A stretch of 64,000 nucleotides of DNA from Octopus vulgaris (lineage: Eukaryota). Under the pieces are notes generated by a model, which was not told the DNA's origin, did no database searches, and saw nothing but the letters and a program-made list of their open reading frames with translations. The translations under genes were made by a program, and so were the position numbers. Shown here in pieces: positions 53,680 to 64,000 of the stretch. Every line of letters begins with the position of its first letter. The first letter of the stretch is position 1. Location: positions 188,976,001 through 189,040,000 of the forward strand of contig OX597814.1 of the NCBI GenBank assembly GCA_951406725.2, in the 5' to 3' direction.

Positions 53680-54027
53680 AACGCTGCGTGGTACCTTCGG
53701 CAAGTATTTTCTACTATAGCTTCGGGCTTTGTGAGTGGATATGGTAGACGGAAACTGAAAGAAGCCCGTCGTATATATGTATTTATATGTATATATGTGT
53801 GTGTGTATGTTTGTGTGTCTGTGTTTGTCCCACCAACGTCGTTTGACAACCAATGCTGATGTGTTAAGTCCCCGTAACTTAGCAGTTCGGCAAAAGAGAC
53901 CGACAGAATAAGTACTAGACTTACAAAGAATAAGTCTTGGGGTCGATTTGCTCGACTAAAGGCGGTCCTTCAGCATGGCCGCAGTCAAATGACTGAAACA
54001 AGTAAAAGAGTAAAAAAGTAAAAGAGT
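53680..54027 (+). mobile_element. SINE family B, 5'-truncated
   Basis: Match from CTGCGTGG to the tail. Confidence 0.85.
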
Positions 54028-55119
54028 ATATATTACTATGGATTTATCCCAACAAATAATCAGAGCGCCCAAAAGTTAATTAAAATAACTAAAAGTACCA
54101 CTAATTATAAAATCTTTGTCAAGCTTTCATACTACAAAACACCAGAAGTTGGAGGATATAAAGACACTGCTGTCCAGCGTCAGAACTGTAATATAATCTG
54201 GTTCATACCACCCTTTCTTTTAAATGTGCTAAGTCTAGCAAAACAATTTCTCGCTTTATGAAATAATCATTTATCTGTTAATCATCGTTACAGGAAACGA
54301 TTTAGCAGAAATAATTTGAAACAGTTGTATTACTAATGTAAACAACTTAATCGCAAGTATTTCAACAAAGCAGCTGAAGTAAATTGCACATGAAGAAATG
54401 TAAGTTCCTACCGTTCAATTAGACTTGTAGCGTTGAAGCTATCACCCATTGAAAAATATCACCTTCACTAAATGAATCTAAAATACCTTGAGTATTAGAA
54501 GTTGAATAGAGGCAAGGATCAAATATTCAAACAAAACTTCAAGGACTTAAAAAGGAACAAAGTAAATTTGTTTGATCTTATGTCTAATAATTGAAAAAAA
54601 CTCGACAGGGTATTTTACATAAAATAAATCTACGGAAGTTCTACATCAGATAGAAGTAATAGAAAGACGTAGATTATGTGCAGCATAATAAAAAAAAGCC
54701 CCCACATACATGAGCATCAGCAAAATTTCTGATATATAAGTGTTGGTTCAGAGATTTTCAAGGAATATTTTCTGAGAAGACTTGATGGATTTGTATGTGA
54801 CATAACTGGTGACAAAGAGCATAATACCCTCGTGTAATATCATCTATTTTATCTGCCTACTAGAAATACCTATCTTAAATAATGATTCCTTCGGTGTCTT
54901 CAACGTGAGATCTCTTTTACCTTGCTAGTCATTGTCACCTCTTGTTTTAAAGTTTCCCTCCAAATCTATGTATCTATAACGTCCTCCTCTTTTTATTAGA
55001 TGCCGATCATATTTCAAGAATTAAACTTTTCTCCGCCGCAGCAACTAATATTTGGATCTTTAAAAACTACATTCTCAACGAAAAAGCCCATTATTTTCTA
55101 TAATCGCATCTATAATCAC

Positions 55120-55183
<64 letters not shown>

Positions 55184-55459
55184 ATCGATTGTTATATATA
55201 TATCATTTTTTGTTCGTAATGAGATAAAAACCAAAGCTGTGTAGATTTTAGAACATTTACAGATAGAAGGTCTTACAGCTATAGATAGAAGGTTGTGTAG
55301 ATTTTGGGTCTCAATGACACCATTACCTCTCGTAACCTATATATATATATATATATATATAACGGGAAGCTTTATGAAAATAGACAAAAGACGAAGGCAG
55401 GTGGAAAACAAACAAACAATTGTATTAGTATGGCGCTCAGGAAATATAAATAAAACAAG

Positions 55460-55497
55460 TCTTTAACGTTTCGAGCCTACGCTCTTCAACAGAAAGA
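55460..55497 (-). ncRNA. Minimal hammerhead-like motif near the 3' end of the Penelope-like fragment
   Basis: UCUUU-CUGUUGA-A-GAGC(GUAG)GCUC-GAAAC-GUUA-AAGA; palindrome AACGUU. Core has U at position 6 and an extra A. Confidence 0.6.
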
Positions 55498-55665
55498 TAC
55501 ACAGAGAGAAAAAAAAACACAGAAAGAAGGAGAGAAAAAAATGCGTGCAGTAACTAACGAATCAACATGGCGATCTGATTTCGGCCAGAGGTCAAAGATC
55601 GAACATGAGACGCGAGAGCGAAATAAGGGGAGATAATAGGGTTGATAATAGGGTTGAATGACCAG

Positions 55666-56008
55666 CTATTAGTGCGTAGGAGGGGTCTGGACATGTGTAT
55701 GTATAGGGTTGGTGTATGTATTAGTATGTATAAGGGTGTGTGTGTGTGTGTGTGTGTGTATGAGAGAGTATTAGTGCGTAGGATAGGTCTGGACGTGCGT
55801 ATGTATGGGGTTGGTGTATGTATTAGTATGTATTAGTATGTATTAGTACGTATTAGTATGTATAAGTGTGTGTGTGTGTGTATGAGAGAGTATAAGTGCG
55901 TATGAGGGGTCTGGACGTGTATATGTATAGGGTTGGTGTATGTATTAGTATGTATTAGTATGTATTAGTACGTATTAGTATGTATTAGTTGGTGTATGTA
56001 TTAGTATG
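55666..56008. repeat. ~100-120-bp tandem unit (x3) with nested TATTAGTATG decamers inside the PLE 3' region
   Basis: GTGCGTA...GGTCTGGACrTG...GGTTGGTGTATGTATTAGTATG recurs three times. Confidence 0.85.
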
Positions 56009-57332
56009 GCACATCATATATGATGTGATGTGTAAAGTCGTGTGGTGTAGTGAGGAGAAGAGGGGGGAGGGGGGAGAAGGGGAGGGGAAGAAGGGGGAGG
56101 GGGAGGAGAGGGGGAGAGGGGGGAGGAAGGGGAGGAGGATGGGGAGGAAGGAGGAAAGAGGGGGAGGGGGAGAGAGAAGGGGAGTGAGGGAGCAGAGGGA
56201 AGGGGAAGAGGGAAGGAGAAGAATGGAAGGGGAGTAGGGGTGAAAGGATGAAGGACTGAAGAAGTAGGGGTCGGGGGGAAGGATAGGTGAGGAGGGGGGT
56301 TAAATGAGGAAGGGGGAGAGTTGAGACCAAATGGCGTATAAGAGCGAAGAGAGAAGATTAATTCCTGTTCACGGCGCAAACGGGAATCCGGATGGCCTCT
56401 GTGTAAGGACAAACCGAACACAGATAGGTGTTGCAAGGAGTGACCGGTGGAGCGGAAATAGCGTGAGACCGGTGTGTCGTTCGCAAGGTGGATGTCACGA
56501 AGGTGTTCCGCGAACCGGTCAGCCAAGCGGCGTCCCGTTTGTCCGATGTACAAGGAATTGCAGAGAGAGCAAGAGACGCAATAGATAATATTGCTGGAGG
56601 TGCAGGTGAAGGAGTGGATGATGGGATAGGGTCGATGGTGGGTGCTAGTGAGGCGGGTGGTGTTGGAGAGGTAAGGGCAAGTGCGGCAACGTGGGCGGGA
56701 GCAGGGGAACGAGATGTTTGTGTGTGTGTGTGTGTGTATGTATAAACACAACCCGCTATCTACATAACAAATACTGAGTTATTACTTGACCTGTATCATA
56801 AATGTATTTAACGTTCGTCATTTTAAATCATTTAACTAAAACCTGATTTGAGATATTTCTGTTTAGATGTTCTGTTTTCGCGTCTCGTGAATCTTACAGA
56901 AACTGTTCCGTAATATAAAGCCCGAAGTTACGAAGTATTACTACTAGAATGCTGTAATATATTTATTTGTAAGGCGATAAGCAGGGAGAATCGATACCAC
57001 ATTGTACAAAATGCTTAGCGGCATTTCGTCTGTCATTACATTCTGACTTTAAATTCCGTTGCGGTCGACTTTGCCTTTCATCCTCTGGGTCGAAAGGTAG
57101 AAATTCAGTACCCCTTGAGCCCTGGGATCGGTGTAATCGACTTAACTGGAAATCTTTAAAATGTAAATTCATAGAAAAAAACTCAGAAAGTTCTGATTGG
57201 CTGCTAGTGAAAATCTAAATTTCTAAACATAATATTTCGCATCTTATGTAGAAAATAAAGTTGAAATATTTGTTTGTACTTATAAAAAGAAATATATAAC
57301 CAACGTGGTAACTGAAGACATCTTTGACCACA

Positions 57333-57682
57333 TGTATGTATGTATGTATGTATGTATGTATGTATGTATGTATGTATGTATGTATGTATGTATGCATGTA
57401 TGCATGCATGCATGCATGCATGCATGCATGTATGTATGTATGTATGCATGCATGCATGCATGTATGTATGTATGTATGTATGTATGCATGTATGTATGTA
57501 TGAATGTATGTATGCATGTATGTATGTATGTATGTACGCATGCAAGCATGTATGTATGCATGTATGTATGTATGTGTGTATGTATGTATGTATGTATGTA
57601 TGTATGCATGTATGTATGTATGCATGTATGTATGTATGTATGTGTGTGTGTATGTATGTGTGTATGTATGTATGTATGTATA
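57333..57682. repeat. (TATG)n/(CATG)n compound microsatellite, representative of many in the window
   Basis: Directly visible; similar tracts at ~7225-7325, 18470-18575, 19200-19290 and 29670-29790. Confidence 0.98.
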
Positions 57683-57851
57683 CACGCAGGTGTGAGTGTA
57701 CGTCTTTATGTATATCCAAAAATATGTTTACGAGCGTAATTATATCCATATATATGCATGCATATTTATGCTATATTTGATTTTGATTTTTCTAGTTTCA
57801 GCTAATGAGCTGTGGCCATGCTGGGGCACCGCCATTTGCTGGGGCACCGCC

Positions 57852-57931
<80 letters not shown>

Positions 57932-58039
57932 TGGGTGTATGCATATATGTACATATAGACATATATACGTGTATAAATTTATATCTCTCTATATATTTAT
58001 GCTCATGAGCGTATTTATATACATGTGTGCTACATATGC

Positions 58040-58077
<38 letters not shown>

Positions 58078-58116
58078 CATGTATATACATACATACACAC
58101 ACAAACACACACAGAT

Positions 58117-58182
<66 letters not shown>

Positions 58183-58979
58183 TTTGTGTGTAAGCAGAAA
58201 ATTTTACCCGACCAGCTAGATACAAGAGTGTATACACTTAGTTGGCTGCTTACATTCAAGAGCTCAATTGCTATCAACTAATTTGCGAATATCATTTATG
58301 TTGTACTTGACATTAATTAGACATTCATAATTAGACAATTGATCAATCATTTCCTACGTTACACTAATCCTGTTCGTATGTAATATCTAATGTTATGATT
58401 ACGCGGGTGTACGACACCAGCCATATACAAAAGCGTATTTGAAATTTTAATCTAATGTATTGAAAAGAATCGTTGAAGTTTTAAAAAAACACAAACATAA
58501 CCAAAAGTTAGTTGAAATAAAAATAAAAGCATCTCATTCTCGGTTTGCTTAAAATATTTAGAGAAATATTGTTTACTCTCAAATTATGATTAAGAGAAAG
58601 ATTCTTTATTCCAAATTGAAAAATAAATTTTAAGTACAAGAAGCAATTTAAGGTATTCTTATCTATTGAATACATACTTATGATACTTAAATTCAAAATA
58701 CCCAGTAGGTTTATTGTGCATATTTTTAAATAACAATCTTCTTTTTCCAACACAATAGCCACAAAAGACAGTTCAAATAAACACAAAGCCTGATTCTGAA
58801 CGTTAATGGAACTTCTTATTAACATAAAAACTAATTGAAACTCATTTAAACAAATTATGCGTAAAAGCCGATCTTTAATTACATACGAGCACGAATAGAT
58901 CAATGTGTATGTATACTCAAAATATTTGCTTTTATTTCATAGTGATAAACACACATGCGATCGTATAAAGTCATACACT

Positions 58980-59024
<45 letters not shown>

Positions 59025-59099
59025 GCATTGTCATATTGTTATGTAACATATATATAACCATACATATTCATATATGTGTGTATATGTATGTACACACAC

Positions 59100-59135
<36 letters not shown>

Positions 59136-59258
59136 TCTCATAGATAATTAGTCTGTAAATACCCCTAAATTACAAATAGATGCATGTATGCACCATATGA
59201 CAGATAACAATGTGTATAGAAACAACCATATATACACGCAAATATGTGTGTCTATGTA

Positions 59259-59295
<37 letters not shown>

Positions 59296-59534
59296 TAAAG
59301 AGCGCGTGTGTGAGAGACAGATAGAGAGAGAGAGGGAGAGAGAGAGATAGAGTGTGTTTGTGTATGTGTGTGTGTGCGTGTGTGATTTCCCTCCTTTTTT
59401 TCAATTTGCATTGTAATAGTGTGTAAACAATTTAAACTTTAAATGCTTCACTGAAACAATGCAAGCACATCTGTATTCATACATTTACACACACACCTCT
59501 GCGCGTACAAATCAGTAAATATACATATATGTAT

Positions 59535-59567
<33 letters not shown>

Positions 59568-59570
<3 letters not shown>

Positions 59571-59978
59571 TTACACTTTTTACTCTTTTACTTGTTTCAG
59601 TCATGACTGTACCCATGCTGGAGCACCGCCTTTAGTCGAGCAAATCGATCCCAGGACTTATTCTTTGTAAGCCTAGTACTTATTCTATCGTACTCTTTTG
59701 CCGAACCGCTAAGTTACGTTGATGTAAACACACCAGCACCAGTTGTCAAGCGATGTTGATGGGACAAACACAGACACACGAACATATACAAGCACATACA
59801 TATATATATATACATATACATATATACGACGGGCTTCTTTCAATTTCCGTCTACCAAATCCACTCACAAGATTTTGATGGGCCCGAGTCTATAGTAGAAG
59901 ACACTTGCCCAAGATGCCACGCAGTGGGACTGAACCCGGAACCATGTGGTTAGTAAGTAAGCTACTTACCACACAGCC
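59568..59978 (-). mobile_element. SINE family B
   Basis: Full-length match. Confidence 0.88.
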
Positions 59979-60929
59979 AAACCACACACATACTAAAAAT
60001 GAACTATAGTAAATAACTAATTGGGCCAACGTCATGTATGAACATTATTCAAACCTTGGTGTACTGAATAATGGATATGAAAAATTTTTAATTAATTGGA
60101 ATTTGACTTCTAATTGGTCTAAAGAAAATATAAGAAGGCAGTTATTTAATACTGTCAGCTTGGTTGCAAGCAGAATTCGGGTTGCCTTTAAACATGAAAA
60201 TTCATTTTATTGGGAACCTAACTTTTAATTTCTAGAAGTTTTACCATATATTTTCAGTTCTTATCTAAGAAATCAAATTTGATCCGTTTGTCATTCAGTA
60301 CCTCGGCGCAAACTTGGATTAAGAAAATCCATTATACTGGAAAGATTAACTCATTTTTCTGTTTTTTTGTTTGTTTCGTTTTTGTTATAGTAATGTTTAT
60401 TACATTCCACTTTTTTCTATTTGAAGTTTTTAAATTTTAGTTATACCGCATTATAACACGTGGTATAACTAAAATAATAAATAAATTCTTCGTAAAGCAT
60501 TTTCAGCTTATATTATTCTATGATCACTGGTCACAGCCACATTTTACAAGCCAATGTGTCGCTGATATCAAATAATACAGAAATGTGACCGATGTTCACA
60601 AATCCTCCCTTCGAATACAAAACTTTTGAAGAGGGAGTTTTTACTCGAAATTATATCATTTCTTTCATTTTCTCTGGTAATTGTCATTAAGTATCTGTGT
60701 TTTCCAAATAACAGGCAATATTTAATAAGGAGTAGAAGGACAGCCGACAACTGATGAAGGGTCATTTTTTATGTTACTTGTCTTGTTTTCCATTTGCTTC
60801 TCTCGTTCTTTGCGTACCCAACATTATTTTCGTATTTCATGTCGTTTACGTTTTGTAACGTCCTGTACCCATATATGCATACCTATATACATATGCTTGC
60901 ATCTACATATGTGTGTGTATATATGCATA

Positions 60930-60979
<50 letters not shown>

Positions 60980-60983
<4 letters not shown>

Positions 60984-61490
60984 ACTATGGTATGTCTATT
61001 ATTCAGCATTACCTGATACCTTTGGGTTTCAATGACACAATTACCTCTTATAACCTATATATATAAAGGGTAAAGACCCCCTTCGGTCATGAATGACCAT
61101 GGGATTGCACCTAGAAAGTTACCCTCCTAGACACAAGTCCGGGCAAGGTTGTTTATGGAAGACCAGCAGTCGCCCATGCATACCAGCCTCCCCTTTCCAC
61201 GCCACCAGTGTTATCCAAGGGAAAGACAAAGGTCGATACAGCTTGGCACCAGTGACGTCGCAACTCATTTCTACAGCTGAGTGAACTGGAGCAACGTGAA
61301 ATAAAGTGCTTTGCTCAAGAACACAACACGCAGCCCGGTCCGGGATTCGAGCTCACAACCTCACGATCGTAAGCTCGACGCTCTAACCACTGAGCCATAT
61401 ATATATATATACAGGTTATAAGAGGTAATTGTGTCATTGAAACCCAAAGGTATCAGGTAATGCTGAATAATAGACAGATCATAGTTAAAT
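60980..61490. repeat. ~77-bp inverted arms around a (TA)n tract that contains a SINE
   Basis: 60980-61056 is the reverse complement of 61413-61490; related pieces occur at 55213-55340 and 61566-61677. Confidence 0.85.
61065..61398 (-). mobile_element. tRNA-derived SINE, family C
   Basis: A box TGGCTCAGTGGTTAGAGC, B-box-like GCTCGAATCCC. Related heads occur at ~4165-4300 (+), 26220-26465 (-) and 46590-46878 (-). Confidence 0.85.
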
Positions 61491-62684
61491 TCCAGGTGTT
61501 CGTTGATTTTGCCAATAATGGGTTTAACGTTAGTTATATGTAAGCGTGTGTATATAAGAATTTCTGTGTAATGAGATAAAAAAAAACAAGGCGGTGTAGA
61601 TATTAGAACATTTATAGATAGATATTAGAACAAATGTTCTGATATCTACACAGCCTTGATTTTTTTATCTCATTACGCCAAATATTCTTACATACATACA
61701 TACACACATATGTGTGTGTGTGTGTGTGGTATTAGTATCTCGTCAGAAGATACAACCAGGAAGAAGAGTAGATTCAAAATGACAAGACAAGAGCGTGTGA
61801 CCTACTTCTAACATAAATATCATTTATTGGTTTACCGGTCTCCCCATAACGTAATTGACCTCTCCATAACGTAACATAAGAAAACACACCATTCTATCGT
61901 GTGTTGAAATATGAAGCTATTGAATTGACTTAGTTATCTACTCCCTTTCAATATATTCCTCATTGTCTATTGAACATATCACGTGTTTATGTACGTTCTT
62001 TGTTTTACCAGCTTCATTCATCGCTTACTAACGTTTTCTCGTACTCTTTTACACTTCAGTATGCAGTGGTACATTCCTTCATGAATGTGATTGATAGGTG
62101 GAATTTCTTAATCAAATTTAACGAAAATACGCTCGCAAATGATTGCGTTGTACACACATATTACCACAGACATACGCACGACTGCAGATGTCTATATAGA
62201 CATGTACGTATGGATTTATGTGTGTTTGTGCAGGTAATGCTGTATGTATGTGTATAAGTATGTGTGCATGTACGACGTATGTATATATGTATGTACGGAT
62301 GGATGTGTGCTATGTGTGCATGTATGATATATGTATAATGTAGGTATGTAAGACGTATATATGCATGTATGTATATATGTAAGCATATATGTAGGTACGG
62401 AGTGTTTGTCTAGTTTTTTTCGTCTGTTTTTCTTTTGTATTCGTTTTTTTTTTGTAAATATACCGTGAAGATTTCTATGAATAACTTGTTCTGTGTCTTT
62501 TGTTTTCATTTAAAAAATTTTTCTTGGGTGGGGGGGAATGAATGTTGAGAAGAATCAGTAGTCAAAGAATCGAAATCAAAGAATGAAAGCTAAAACTACT
62601 ACTACTACTACTACTACTTCTATTATTACTACTACCACTACTACTACTGCTGCTGCTGGTGCTGCTAGTATTAGTAGTAGTAGT

Positions 62685-62737
<53 letters not shown>

Positions 62738-64000
62738 CAAATAACAAGCAAAAGAGATTTGAAATATAGTGAAATGCGATCGCAAAATTAGGAGAGGCAT
62801 TCAGTAATGATTGCGTTAGTTGCTTGGCCTATCGAACAAAAACTGCAACGTTATCTAAACGGAAAGACGGCTAACATCCAATAAGCAGGTCTAATTGCTG
62901 CTTTATTCAATCGCGACTAATTAATCAACTTTCTGCTAAATAACAATCGTCTTCTTCGACTGTTGTTGTGTGTCGTTGATGTTATCTTCCGGAAACTAGT
63001 GTTCGGTCTCTCTGATGGAAGTGTCGAATAGCTTGCAGAGGAATATCTATTGTAAAGAGAACACAGGGCGAACGAACGAACGAACGAACTAACAAACGAG
63101 CGAGCGAGCGAGAAAGGGAGAGTGAGAGGCACAGAAGAAAGCGAAAGGAGAGAAAGAGAGCAATGAAGAGAAGAGAAGTTTGGGTTGGGGAAAGAAGGAG
63201 AGTGAGAAGACAGTGTACTGGCTGACTGCCTGCTTGTCAGATTGTCTGCCTGACACGTTCTTACAAAATATTCTCTTCCCATGTGATCTCTTAATGTAGT
63301 AAAGCTTACATCAGTTACTTATATATTATATAGTATGTGTGTACGGCTTTTGTTCTCTTGATTTCCCAGTATCTCAACTTCCTTTTACTATTTTCTTGTT
63401 TGCTCTTTTCTTCTGATGCTTTATTCATCTATTTACTTATTTACTTATATATTTGAAATTCGTTACCTCCTACTATTTTATTTTCTATTCATGATTTCCA
63501 TCAACCCTACACTCACACACACACCCATACATATCTACCACCACTTATCTCTTTTTTTCTTCCTTCATTTTTTTTTGAAAAAAAATTCTCATTCACTCCG
63601 TCTCTCTGACTCTACTATTTACGAGTTTTTATTCAACTTCACTTTTTGTTTTTAGCATTACATCTTTAATCTCTCTCTTTCTCTCTCTCTCTTTCTCTCG
63701 TTCTAGTTCTTTTTTTTTCTCTTCGACAAACGAATTTTCTTAAAACTCTCATACTCCTAAACCCCTCTTATACGATGTATTTTTGTCTTATTCCTATCAA
63801 TTACTTGTGCAGTAAAGCTAGCTCATGTTTAGCTTGCAGCTGTTCATTATCAATCTATGGAGTGGAATGGATTGTACTGTAGAATCCTCTCGGTGTTTTA
63901 CGCTAATTCCGTTTAGTAAACGAAAAATGTTCATAGCAAATTCCAGTGCTTGTGCTGAATATCCAAATCTAAACGAATAGATAGCTCCATCTGGTTTAAA

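Larger units (their letters stand above)
55361..56716 (-). mobile_element. Penelope-like retroelement, 5'-truncated fragment (GIY-YIG endonuclease end plus 3' region)
   Basis: CSRPRCRTC linker, NIIYCVSCSLCNSLYIGQTGRRLADRFAEH and RLRREQELI...TPFGLN are typical of the PLE endonuclease; the Cys-rich linker suggests Neptune type. Bounded by (TA)n and (TG)n. Confidence 0.9.

Noticed and set aside
54710-54760. Possible upstream receptor exon ending at a GTATGT donor
   Set aside because: In-frame stop within 17 codons and no good acceptor.
60740-60860. CUGAUGA in a TA-adjacent repeat
   Set aside because: No downstream GAAA or helix III found.
61320-61398. tRNA gene
   Set aside because: It is a SINE head continuing into a repeat body, with no proper acceptor stem or poly-T terminator.

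Overview
AT-rich, microsatellite-dense animal genomic DNA. The repeat families and (TA)n/(CA)n/(TACA)n/(TAA)n load suggest a coleoid cephalopod, most likely Octopus (inference, not proven). Most ORFs in the supplied track are microsatellite or SINE artefacts. Two convergent genes are supported. (1) On the minus strand, three phase-compatible exons (53155-52940, 47126-46928, 43381-43128) encode the ligand-binding domain of an NR1-family nuclear receptor that looks PPAR/E75/Rev-erb-like; no DNA-binding-domain exon was found in the window. (2) On the plus strand, a probable gene of unknown identity has an acidic exon (10540-10641) joining a terminal exon (41969-42027) across about 31 kb. Their candidate poly(A) signals sit 16 nt apart. 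The rest is mobile DNA: three tRNA-derived SINE families, R4/Dong-type LINE ends in (TAA)n, CR1-like and Tx1/L1-like LINE relics, a deleted Gypsy-type LTR element, hAT and Tc1/mariner relics, and a Penelope-like GIY-YIG fragment. The main hidden signal is about a dozen type I hammerhead-ribozyme motifs from about eight sequence families. Nearly all have a palindromic helix III, several have variant cores (U3-A8, U4C), and many lie in inverted-repeat elements in or next to (TA)n tracts. One lies downstream of the Penelope-like endonuclease. All coordinates and pairings were read by eye.
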